Source: Trichosphaerium sp. ATCC 40318 (Eukaryota > Protista > Tubulinea). Taken from it: a stretch of DNA of 64,000 nucleotides. Within the stretch, counting starts at the first letter, position 1. Each line of letters opens with the position of its first letter. Shown one piece after another: positions 24,779 to 37,612 of the stretch. Under the pieces are notes generated by a model that saw only the letters and a program-made list of their open reading frames with translations, did not search any database and was not told where the DNA came from. The position numbers were made by a program, and so were the translations under genes. The stretch spans positions 1 to 64,000 of the forward strand of contig JALMLS010000056.1 in assembly GCA_038496445.1 (NCBI GenBank), written 5' to 3'.

Positions 24779-27384
24779 CTATTTTATACTAAAAGTTACA
24801 AGGAATCTTGGTAGCGCCAAGCCCGTATGATACAATACTGTTTTATTCTGCCATTTAGCTGAGTGATATTCTTCCCCAATTTGAGAGCCAGGACCACAAT
24901 TCATTGGTCTCTCAGGTTCATGTACTTTACCTGGTAACACTTCGCATAAGAGAATTTTTATACTTGTCAATTCTTGATCTTCTGCAACGTGATCATGAAA
25001 ATAAAGGCCTTTTCCAAGAGGACCCAAGCTCTCATTTGAAATAAAACCTTCTTCGATAATACCAAACAATAAATAACTTGGGAAACTACCATCACTGAAA
25101 AACTTCATTTCAGTATCTGTTCCACTTGTTTTAGAAAGATTTTCTTTAGCATCATTGAACGCATGCTCAAGTACACTGTTTGAGATTTTCTGTGCGTCTT
25201 CGAGTTGAATCATTTTGTTCTAAAAAGAAATGTCAATATTATCATGTGAAGCGTTATCAAGCGAAAAAAGTGAAATTTACAATTAGAAAAATTGGAAAAC
25301 ATCATGACTCAAAAGCAATCGCTTTGTACGCTGTTGAAACAAATTGTAATAAATTCACGTGCGTTTGCAAATTTTCTACAAAGACCTTCAAGCCAATCAT
25401 GTTCCATGCCGTTGAATATTGGTGTAAGGGTATGTCTTAGTCTAGGTTTTTCTTTCAACTCTTTAATTGCCAACATTAGTTTTTTCCGATGTCCACTCTA
25501 CATCAATCAGTTACATTTTACTGCCGCGAGTGGGCTCTATAATTTACGAACTAACCTTTTTTATACCAAGATGCTCAAGATCTATTTCAGAAATCTCCAT
25601 AATGACGTTCAAATCATCAAAACCTTCCTCCATAAATGCATCAAAGTAATGCTCTAATTTTAACCCACTTAGCCATCTCGATATTAAGCTCTCATCAGTT
25701 GAGGTCGAAAGCGATGTATTAGTACCACCTACGATAAATCGTGTAAGGATATATGTTGTATCTGAAGATAGTAAACTCCGTACCTTGCTTCAACTTTACA
25801 TTTTCTTTCAACAATATTCGATTTTGTTTTTGAAGACGATGCACTTGTCTATTCGCATGACCAAGTTTACGCTTCAATGAAGAAATTTTCTGAGCTATGA
25901 GATATCTCTCAGAAAACCCACTATCTACACATTCACCTAAGAACCTCAGATTAGACCAAAAACACCAGGCAACTTTGCTTACCAAGCGATAAACACCATA
26001 CATCATTTAACCGTGCGCCGTTGTACCCACCAAAGATATAAACATTTGTTCCTACTGCGCTAGCAGTATGTGCACTTCTACCTGCTGGAATCTCTTGATC
26101 TCTATCTGTACAAATGATATTCCATTCATTAAGAACTAAAAGGATTAAATTAACCACAATTAGCTTTGGTTTTGTCCGCTCACCTGTGCTAAATTGCCAG
26201 ATATCATTCAGTCTGTCAGAACCGCCATATCCCCCGAAAACAATAATGTCTTCACCAACAGTACTGGGTGACGTTAAACAACGATACGCGAGTGTGCTTA
26301 AAATGAACTAAATTTAGAAAAACTTACCAACACGTGTGACTTTTTCGTTTCTTTGGTTTTGTGCCACGAACTCCTTTAACCATAGTTAATTTAAGCGTAT
26401 TACAATTATTAAGAGTCCAATAACTCACCCGGTTGGCTCCACTTGAGTTTGATTGTGTCAAGTTTCCACAAATCATTCAATCGTCCTTCACCGTTGTACC
26501 CGCCAAAAATATAAATAGAGTTTCCCAGACATGTAGCAGCATGCCCAGACCGAGCCTGTGGCGGTGTTCCAGAAGGACGAACTGGTTTCCATTTACCAGT
26601 AGCTAACAAATATTAGATACATTCACGTGATGACAAGTTTCTCGGCATACTTGTGTTGAGCATCCAAACGTCATTCAAGTGCTCCTTGGCTTCACTTCTC
26701 ACTCCACCAAATATCCAAATTGTATCATCAACAACAGTAGCTGAATGACCGGAGCGTTCAATAGGTGTCGGGCCAACTGGCGTCACTGATTTCCATAGCA
26801 ACGTTTCAGTATTTAGAACCTATTAATGTCAGAATAAAGCAAAAAGAGTCTGCCGAGAATTAATTGTTGGTTGAATGCGTTTCAATAAAAACAATCAACT
26901 AGCACAATAAGTACGTACCCAAAGGTCTGACAGTCTCTTTTCGCCGTCGTTGCCTCCGAAAATCCATATACTGCTGTCAACAGCCTGTCATTGTTAGAAT
27001 TGGATTAAATAAGCATTTACATACCGAAGCGGTGTGGTAAGAACGTCCCACGGGTGATTCACCTTTGGTAGTTAACGCTTGCCAACTCAAGCTCGGAAAC
27101 GCATCTAAACGTAATGGTAAACAGTATGAATCTAAAACAAGCAGGAAAATCGGTGTGTATGATCAAAAATGTAAAAATACATGCCTGTATCTAAATAAAA
27201 CACGTCGTTTAAGCGCTCTCCGTGGTACCCGCCAAACACGTAAATTCTATCCCCTAACGGAACGTCAATTGTAACTTTGTGCGCCAAACATACCAATTAC
27301 AGCGTCAGCGTGACCCCAGCGCTCCGGAGGGAGTTCACCTGCGATATTACAACGCTTCCAGCTAGTATCGCTCTTCCATTCCAT
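24779..27384 (-). CDS. Kelch repeats, coiled coil, SAM domain and PARP-catalytic-like domain
   Basis: About 6 Kelch blades (RSGHAA...IYIFGGYNG...LNDLW). SAM: ISRWLSGLKLEHYFDAFMEEGFDDLNVIMEISEIDLEHLGIKK/SGHRKKLMLAIKEL. ART fold: IIEEGF...GPLGKGLYF...ILLCEVLPG...YHS...VLY...ALPRFLVTF. Confidence 0.85.
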
Positions 27385-28968
27385 TTACGCCCAATTAATC
27401 CTACTCAACGCTATCGATGCTAGTTGTATGTTTGGAAATTGAATCCACGCTATTTAAGTCCAGTTACACGAATAGACTTTGGCCGTTTGATTGTGTCAAG
27501 TCCCAGAATAGTGTACAACAGTTAAACCAAGCCACAAGTGTCAGCGGTACATGTGCAGTTTTTTGTGCTGCAGCTGAACTTAAGATAATTTGCATGTGAT
27601 CTTTCATTAGCATGTTCAACTTTTGTAGTTAAAGACACACTCGTGCAACTGTTGCACAGAATGCCGTTAAGTACACTATCAAAAAATAGTATTAGTACGA
27701 GAAGCAACAACAACACTTGGTTAGCACAGCAAGTAATGCTCTTTTGGCGGGCCTTGCGGTTGGTCAACGGAAATTGTCGTATTTTTCCGGAGTGCGTACT
27801 AACTTTAATTTTGACTGATTCCAACATAATGGCAGCACAAGCAGCGTGCACTCACAGAATTGCACCTAACTACACTACTGTGCATTGTAAAGCAGAGTAC
27901 AAAGAAAAGGAGACTTGCTGCCTTACTCCAACGATCAATACCAACGAGAACAACGTTTATACAACGCTGGCGCGCATTTACGAGTAAAAGAAACGACTTT
28001 ACAACATTGGGAACCAGCAGCACAACCACCAACTAGATTTCGGCTAATAATTCGCCTTTATGATGTTATTTGCTCCACAATGACGGTTACCAGTATTTGA
28101 GTAACAAAGTAATGTCAGGTGTATTTGGCTGCAAAATCACCAACTATGCGCTAAAACGTATTTCCAGCACCGAGCATCAACAGCCAGTGCATTTGCAACG
28201 TCAATTTCAAAATTTCTGCAACAAACAGAGATTTTTACCAACGATCACTAAAAACCTCTGGAAAGTTGTAACGTTACCATAATTCGGTATAAAAACAAGG
28301 AGTAGCAGAAAAATTGGCCTCCAAAGGCATTTGGGTCAAAAAATGTGTGAATAGGTTTGAACCCCAAAATCTACACTGGAGTAATCAACCTTTCATCGGC
28401 ACTTCACTCGTTATTATTCACCAAATTCATAAACAATGGGTACATAATTCGCATACAGAAGAAATTTATTATTTCTTTTATATCCAAGCCTTTCTGTACC
28501 TTAGTTGGCTGTTTTACTGACGGTCGGGGCATTTTACTCTAGCAAAGCGCTGATCAATTACCTTCCTTTTTTTTTTTCGTTTTTAGGGCACTATTATGTC
28601 GCTATGCGCTCATATTTGTTTTTACTAAATTCCACATAGGCAGTCTAGGCGAACCAGCACCCCTCGACTTTACACAACGCATTTCTTTAAAACGCGACAG
28701 GTACCACTAACTAATACACGCAAAAGCGAGGCGCTTACGTATTCAATAAAGGTTTTTCAAAGTCCAAATAAGCGAAGTAGATAAACGAGCCATTATTGAC
28801 AAGCGGTTGGTACCCAGGGATATTGAGGTACGATTTATTTTGCAGAAAACGTTGAGTTGCGTGAGTTTCGTGGCGGTATTTTGCGTCGTACAAAATATTC
28901 GTTATGAATATCCGCATCAACAATGTTTAAACACTCTATTGAAAGTCTCCATGTCTAACTCACTTTAG

Positions 28969-31269
28969 GGATGCATTACACAAGTAAAGATAAAAGATCG
29001 TTGGTTGTCTGTAAACAAGCAAGGGACTACTCAAATCAAGCAAACAGGGACACAAAACGAAATACAGCGATCCGTCATGTTTGACGTAGAAGAAGGGAAA
29101 GTTCTAGCCACCCTTCATTACCGTGTGCGTGATCCAAGCAAAAGGGCGAAAGGTAGTCACCAGGTATGTCCAATAACAGGAAAATATCGTCAAAAACTTC
29201 CCAAAAAAATAAACGGGCGCTTGTAACATTTTCGGCATACTTGAAAATGTTACGTTTGTAGCTTCAAAAAAGAAACTTTCTTTAGGGGCGAATTTTCTAC
29301 TTTTCGGCGTTTTACAATTTTTTTCGCTACTTGACGCTAACTTTTTCGTTTTCAGTTGAGCAAAGTTGAGAACCACGTCGTTCGCTTTTGGTTTAAGATA
29401 ACTTTGAAGCATGTACAAGACTGTCCAAACACTGGAAAGCCAAAAAGAAAGTATGTTCCACGTAATACACCACTAAGCGTTGTATTCACTCTATTGGGCG
29501 ATAAACGATCACACAAGTATGCTTTTCTCGTGCACACGCAGGGTTTTAAAAAATATTAAATTCTTTTTTGTTTAGAATGACTCAAAAGCCAATACGCATC
29601 AATTTCTTTATTGAGACGTGCAGTGAAAGCGCAAAAAGGGCAAAAGAAACTACACACGAACTAAACCTATCCATCAGGTATACAAATCTTTTTTGAACTT
29701 TTTTGGGTTTTTTTGTATTACTTAGTGAATTTTTCAATGAACTCGCCTTCACGTGTTTTCTCGTGATAAAACTTGAGCTGCTTGCCCAAAAACGATGGGT
29801 TATAAAAAAACACGCTAACACCTACTACAGTGTGCGTCCTACAAATAAGAGACAGAACGACCTTTGTGGTATGACTGACTCGAAGTTACCTTGCGCGAAG
29901 AAGAGAAAATACGAAACGCGCACGTACACCGCAAGACGTACTGATATCTCGCCTTCTATTCCTCGAGGACTTGGTGTGATGCAGTGTACGTTTTTTAAAC
30001 GCACAAACTTCGACTTTTTTGACTTATGTACAATAGCCTGCTCGAAAGCTGGTGTTATAAAATTGGCTCTGGTCGACCTTGACAAGTCTATCAACAAACT
30101 TACAAACTTTTTAAATCGACACAGTCAACAACCGTTACGCTTTACAACCCATATAATGAACATCTATGAGTGTGAAGAAGAGTTCTATAAGTACAAGAGG
30201 TACGTTGTTTTGTATACAAAACAAAACAAAAGAGAATTTCTAGAATTATTCCTGTTTTGACTAAAATTGCTGTTTAGTGAGCTATTCCAAGCTAGTGCAG
30301 AGTCTTCGATCTATTCTATCGTTAATAAGCCTCTTCTTGTTGCTGAGGAAGAAGACGCTTGTTCTTATGGCTTCTGGAAGAAGGATTATCATAACAAAAT
30401 ATCAACTTGTTCCCGTTATGCTGCAGGCAGTGTAAAGTACTTTTTAGGGTACGGTTACCGAATATTTTTGTGCACCGGACTAATGGCGGACAATTAGAAT
30501 ATACGATCTCACTGCGCATGCTCAATCGCAGGATGACCTTTATGTTCTCATCCAAAAGTTATCTACACTTCCTGATGCTATTGCTTGTGGAGCTACACTT
30601 GCTTATGAGCTTCTTGGCATGCACTTTGTGTACTCTGCAGCTAGACCTGATGAGTTATTATTCGGGTTTCCTGATGACTCTGGTTCTATCAAGTATGGAA
30701 TGCGTGTAATGTTTTCTACACGATCTCAGAAGTACGTAGAACATTTGAAGCTTTTTTTTTTTGAAACCCAAAAAAGCAAGACATTAACGTAAAATTCTTA
30801 GTGCTATATCAGTTGCTCTTGAAGTAGCTTTCCAACAAACCAGCAAGAATATTGAAGGAGAGATTTTTCAGCTATGGGAGCGAAACAACCAAATGCGTCA
30901 AACATACACAAGAGGCCAATATAATCCTTACAGAACACAGTACCAGGTATGTAAATATTTACATAGAACTTTCAGTACTTTCTTCCAACCGGAGCGTTTT
31001 TTTCTCCCTTCTTTGTGTGAACGCGTGATTCACGTTTTTTAACTTTGTGTATCCTGTTTTTAACCTTGGTATTTTAGGATATACCTGAACCTATGGAGAC
31101 AGATGTTCTTAGCAACACAAGTTCACCTGACACATTATTCTCTCGACCTTTCTCTAACTGGCAAAATGTTGGTCACTCAGGCGTTGCGGCATATGAAGAT
31201 CCTGCTACAATGTTCAGCCACAACACACCTCCTGGTAGTTATGCGAGTGAACTACGTTCATACATGTGA
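28969..31269 (+). CDS. Multi-exon hypothetical protein, possibly nuclear; 5' end uncertain (may extend to the ATG at 27829)
   Basis: In-frame GT-AG exon chain from 28969 to a TGA at 31267-31269; NLS-like AKKRK; no family confidently recognised. Confidence 0.55.
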
Positions 31270-31419
31270 ATGTCTTTCTTCCATATCATACAACTCCCCC
31301 TTCCCCTTGTTCTTCATAACGCACACGATGTGGTAACATCAATTTTGTAAAAAACTTTCTTTGTACTTTTATTTAAATAAACAAAACTTAAAATGGAAAC
31401 ACTGGCTTAATTGAATGAT

Positions 31420-32928
31420 TTACATTGGGATTGCACTCAAGCATGAACCCAAAAGACCGTCTGGGCAGTCACTAGCCGTTATTAAATTATCGTTGAAAAC
31501 GCATACATTCGCTCCACCGCCACCGTTCAACATGGGCTGGTCATTTGGTAAGAATATTCCTTTGAGAGTGTTAGTGTTCGGAATAAAATGAATGTGATTT
31601 TTTGTACGAGGATAAACGAATACAACTGTATCATCGCCATCATTCCCATCAACAACATCTACTAGTGATTTTGAAGCACTCACTATATCGTTGTCATCAC
31701 CACCTTCTATGTTAGCTCCACTTTGACCAACGCCATTTATTATTTGTATATTGTCGTTGCCTACAGAGCCACATGTTGAGAAAAGCAATCTTGTGTTTTT
31801 ATTTTTCTTTTCTCTTACCGTCACCTCCATCTACGTTCTCATCAAATACTAGATTAGTAGCGTGGATGGTATCATCACCATCCATTCCGTCTATCGACTT
31901 GACAATTATATCTTGTCCCAAGAAGTAGTCATTGCCTTGCTCTAACCTTTTTTTTGTTTTCAAAAGTTTGCCACAGAATATTGGCGTACTCAACATCACC
32001 TAGTTCAGAACCTAAATCCGCGTATAGATAATCATCATCTTCTCCACATTTAACAACACCTCCTAAAGCATCAATGTCACCAACAACTGAAGCTGAGAAC
32101 TCCAAAACATCATCTCCGCTGTCCGCTAAACAACATAAGTATTTAACAACTTTTTTTTTTTCAGCTACTCACCATCAACTTCAGAGTTTACTCTAGATTG
32201 AACAAATGTCATACAATCATTCCCACCACTGCCTTGAACTGTTTGTGCTGTGGATTTCAAAAAGAGCATGCAATCATCTCCATTACCACCGTCAACATCA
32301 TCTGCTGAACTTTCGTAAAATTGTATGATATCATTTCCTTCTCCAAGGTCTACCCCCATCAGATTTCCATCTGATAACAAGCAGTCATCACCATCACCTA
32401 TTAGTAGAGTTAAGATTAGATTATAACAGCCGAAAAAACAAGACAACATGCCCATATCGATACTTCCTTGCACTACAGCGTCATTTTCGATTACAACGCA
32501 GTCCCTTCCTTGCAGCATGTCAATATCCCCTGTGACAGTTGTTCCAGAGCCAATCCAGAAGCAATCATCGGCTGGTGTTCCAGTCAAATCGTTATAAGGT
32601 CCTGCCTGCGTCCTAATGCAATCACCAGTGTATGAACCACTTGGTTCTATAAACGTCGTTACAAATCACGTGGAAAAACGTGATTTACTAAAAATCTTTT
32701 AAAACGTACGTGGTGTATCGCAATTTACGAATCTACTTGTTAAGCACTCTCTACAAGCACATGAAGAACATCTGGGGTCACCATAGCATTTCAAATCTCC
32801 GGCGAAGGTAAACGTGACCAAACATGCTATAAATGTTTTTTAGGCGATTTCTTTGCAAATACTATCTAATTTATTGTTTTTCATGCATGTAATTCAGTAC
32901 CCCAAATTAATAAGACTAGTGAAGACAT
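31420..32928 (-). CDS. Secreted Cys-rich protein with RTX/hemolysin-type Ca2+-binding GGxGxD repeats
   Basis: Signal MSSLVLLIWACLVTFTFAG; repeats MGDGDDCLL, LGEGNDIIQ, GGNGDDCML, GSGGNDCMT, GMDGDDTIH, GGDGNDNIQ, GGDDNDIVS, GNDGDDTVV. Confidence 0.8.
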
Positions 32929-33380
32929 AGCGTGTTGTATCACTCGTAAATACTTATTTTATAAACAGGTTTTAAGGCTTAGAGATTGTTAACGAATTAG
33001 GAAGTAAGAACGACAAGGACTTTTTCGATTTTTGTTTGTCAAATACTGTACATACCTTGCAATTAAGAACACTAATCCAGGTGCATAGCATCAACCAGCG
33101 TGTTCATATGTAGATAGTTTAAGTAGTTGTTTTGTATTGCAACTCAGTGTTTGCATTGGAGCTCTAGTCCTGGACGATCGACGATCTCTGGTGACTAATA
33201 TGCTACCATATGCGTTACACCGTTGCAGTGTAGCTGCAGTATGTAACTTGTTAAGCAATAAAATTACGTGCACGAAAAACAAACGTCGCGTGGAAAAACC
33301 TCAATTTAGTGCTTTTTTTTTTCGTTGATTTGCTTACAGGTGGTCAAAGGGTAAACCTGAATAAGCGCACGTTCTTAGTA

Positions 33381-36300
33381 ATGAAACAACTACCAAACCA
33401 AAACAAAGAGACTCTTGGTCTTTTATCCACTGAAAGGAATAGAAGACACTTCCGTGTTGGAAAATTTACAGCAATAGTTGTTGGAGTTCTACTGGTAGTA
33501 ACAGTTGCTCTTGTAATCACTGTACCCCTCGTAGTTACTTCTTCAAATCATGTAGAAGGAAATCAACGCTCTAAAATATCTAAACATATATGCTCTGGTG
33601 CGCTTCGAGCCTAGGAACTATCTAAACACAACTTATATGTAAAAAAGGCAAAGGTTACATTTTCCCAGACACGAACATGCGTATGCTTCCCCTGTCACGA
33701 AGGATCTGATTGCTCAGTGTCTATACCAAGTTGTAAAATAGATACTACGGGCAAGGTTTAAAAACTAACCAATCACGTGTTGACTAGTACCAGGAACATC
33801 ATTACCACTTCTATCTGCTTTTTGGAATACTAAAGAAGAAAAGTTTACTGAACTCCAGTCGTATCGCGTGCCATATGAAGAAGAGCTACAAGATCCTTTT
33901 ACGAAAACAGGGTACTGTATTGGTGCAAGACTCCCTATTCGCGTATGTTCAACAAGGTGTTATTTTAATACCCACAAAGTTTTGTATACAGGATGCACTG
34001 TTTGCGCTCCACGAAGAGTTTTTGAATATTGAAGCAAGTGAACAATGTAACTTTGTTATAGGAGTTGGAAAGGTATGTAACACGAGAATTGAACTTGTAG
34101 CTCACAAGTCATTCTAGGGAATGCTTATTGCGGGCGCTAATTACGTGTACTCGCAACGTAGAGGTACTTCATAGTTTAGTTTGGTAATGCGGAATAATCG
34201 GTTTCTGAAAGGGAACATTGTTAATGACATGTACTCGAAGGCGCCATATTCAATACATAACAAAGAGTTTTGTGAGTTCGCTGACAAACGTTGCAAATGG
34301 ACTCCAAATGAACCATCAAAGGACAAACTATATGAGGTAATTGCTATTTTAGTATTGGCTTAACCAATTTGCTTTTTTAACTTTACTAGGTTGTCTTGGC
34401 GCCTACATACACCACTGGAATGTATGGTAAACGAAATTTTACAAACAATGATTATTGGATTGAAGACAATGTATGTCTTGTGGTTGAATATTTTGGCTTT
34501 TTACTTTACTATTTAGACTTTGAATTGGCCATTATGGAGGAAAGGAGATCTTTCTAGAAATGCTCCCATTCACGTGTTTGACATTGAAGCTGTCACAGGT
34601 CAGACTTCAATGTACGTGGAGACTAGGGAATCTACATTTTCTTATTTTTTTCCTCATTTTAATGCTTGGTAAAGGAGTTTTGGATGGGCGTGTATAAGGG
34701 ATCCTACTGTTGCGTATGAGATATCTCGTTATGTCAGGTCGAACGCGATCCATGTAAGCATAGATACTGTATTCAGATCAATTACAATGATGAAATATGT
34801 ATTGGAAAACAAAAAGGAATACGTGTCGTGGGTAAACAACGAGATGAAGAATAGATGGTCAACAATGGAACAATTATTTGGTAAGTTCGTTTTTTGTTTC
34901 TTCTCAGGCGTTTTTGTTAGTCTGTTAACTGTTTGATTGCTTGTAGATATGAATACAGATTTCTCTATTACTAGTAAAGAAGGATCTCCGTTTTTAAGGA
35001 TTAAATGTCATAAACTGAATAGCCTAGATTGCGCGTCTCACTTTAAAGAACGTGACATTATTGTCGCAAAGTACTTCTCAGTATTTTCCCATTTTAAAGG
35101 TTGTTTATTAACAGTTACAACAAATTGCGGAGGCGATTTTGGGGTTACTGGAGTACCTGGATACATCCGTATAAACGTTGCACTTCATGATGATACATTT
35201 GGCATTTTGAGGCAGAAACTACAACAAGCAATAGGAGGAAACTATGAAACAATGACAGAACATGTAATTTACTATTTTGTTTGTTGTCTCCAACTTACGT
35301 ATTTTACAAGGTTCCTGTTCCTGTCCCGGAGAATTTGATGTCTTCAAAACAAAAGAAAGTTGAGTGCATTAACGGGATTGTTTACCCTGATACTGGTGAT
35401 TGTACATGTTTCCCTTGCTTCATAGGTGGCGATTGCTCTGTTTTTGATAGGAACTGTCACGTGAATGCGTCTTCTGGTACTCTTTCTTGAATAGTTCCAA
35501 CAAAATTTATCAAGTAATTCGAAACAACTCACCAACTATCTTTCACGTGCTTTTGCTATTACTCCAGAGTAACCTATATTTAGGTCAACCGTACTTGATG
35601 TCGAGGTGGTTTCACGAAAACATAGAGCGCTTAAACATCCCAGGTACTTTGTTGTTCAAGCACTGTGCAACCCACAACACTAACATCATTTCGTAGAGGT
35701 AGTACTACCTCTCAACTACAGGTGATATTATTATTCTGCTTGAGCTACTTACTAGGTGTCTACAAATAGATTTGAGGAAAAACAACTTGGTGTTGCAACA
35801 TTAGGAAGTGAAGACACTCCCGGACTTGTTGGTGCTTTGAAATCAGCAATCATTAAAGCTCACAACAAGTACGGCAATATTCTGGTAGGCAACTTCTCTC
35901 CTTTCGCATAATAGAGGTCTCATTTGTACAGGATCCAGAAAAAAAGTATCTGGTGATGGGTAACGGAGCAAGGCAACTTACAGCGGCAGCGTTTTATGCT
36001 ACATCAAAGCGTCTAAAAGGTACTTTGAATTGTATTTGCAAACGAAAGGTCAGAATTTATTAATCGGTTTCTTTTAGATAGTGTACAAATGTTTGTGAGG
36101 CGTCCATACTATTCTTCTTACAAGCCTCAATGTGATAAATTCCCAGAAAGGTGTTCATGGACAAGTGATGGCCCTGACCCAAGTCGTACTTTCGAAGTAT
36201 TGACAACTCCAAATAATCCAAGTGGTGACAACAGAGATCCATCTGTTCCAGGCCAATTCACATACATGAGAGATCACGCATATTATTGGAAAGTTGCTGT

Positions 36301-37355
36301 TTAGTTTTCGGTCTAATGGAGTGATTTTAGGCCTTGGTTTGTACCTTACGGAGTAGAGAAAAAAGATGGACCAATCATTGTTCACACATTCACAAAGATG
36401 ACAGGTATCCTTTGATTGATTTTGTTTCAAAACCTCTGACACGAGTTGATGGATTTTTTAGGACATGCTGGAGCGCACGTGATTCAATTTTTTTTCCTAT
36501 TTAGTTGACGCGTGGATAGTCGGTTTGGTTGGGCGTGGGTAAAGGATAAGGCCACTGCAGATCTAATGGCTGATTTTGTTACAACTCAGTCGAAACCTAT
36601 CGGAATTACTGCAGCGTACAGGTACACAATTGTTACCCAAGCTGATTTATTTACAATCTGACTAGAGCTCTCCGCATTTTTGAGTTCATGGGTACATCCA
36701 CAGGTGATGTTTTCAGCAAGGAAGTTAAGGTATATATTCTAGTCAAAAAGCAAGCTAACATTGTTCTCTCAGGCGATTCTTAAAGAGTTCTGGGATGGAG
36801 TACTTTTGGCAAGCGCAGAGAATCCAAACAGTGGGTTCGAAATTGCATCAACTCCAAATACTTGTTACTTATGGTGAATCATTAAATGACTACACAAGTA
36901 TCTGATCCTATCTAGGTTAAAATGTAACGACTATACAAGCACTGAGTGTTATGATTTATTTGATGGACAAGGAATAGTAGGCCAAAAAGGTGATGTGTTT
37001 GGCATGGGTATGTAAAAACCTTTTTTTTACAACGCCACTATTCTTACGATTATCGTAACACATGACAATTGTAAACGCTTTATTACAACTAGTTGTATAA
37101 GCCTACAGCTGAAAACATCACTCGGGCTAATCAAGCATTTGCAACTATTCTATTTGAGTCTTTGTTTAACTAACCACGTGACTAGGTGATCCAGAATTAA
37201 AGCCTGGATACTTTAGAATAAACCTCACACTTGAGAAGACAGGTCTATTACTTGTAAGAGATCGTGTCATTGAAATATTTAAAGGAAATACTACTCGGGT
37301 GTTTCCATACTCAAACATGGTTCAAGATGATGACTTTTTGTTGAGTGTCGGGTAA
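33381..37355 (+). CDS. Membrane-anchored tandem alliinase / tryptophan-aminotransferase-related (TAA1/TAR-like) PLP enzyme with two EGF plus catalytic units
   Basis: TM AIVVGVLLVVTVALVITVPLVV; EGF motifs CVCFPCHEGSDCS and CTCFPCFIGGDCS. Unit 2 has H..YGN, LVMGNGARQL..AA.YA, PYYSSY, TPNNPSG, DHAYYWP and TFTKMTGHAGARFGWAWVKD. The units are joined by a phase-0 intron at about 35264-35310. Confidence 0.85.
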
Positions 37356-37612
37356 ACATCTCAAAAAAAATACTCATTCGTAATAAAGAACTTTGAACCT
37401 TCACAATTCTAGTACACATAAATAATTGAATGGGTCCAACAAGAATAGAACTGCTGCTTGTCTTGAAACCCTAAGTACTTATTTTATTAATTATATGAGA
37501 CTTGTGACTCTAAGCCAAGGCGTGCTCTATGTCTATCAATTGGATGTATCTTTTGTAGCGTAACTTTCTGTCTACTATCACGTGTTTTTTTTGTATAAAA
37601 CAATGACCTCCT

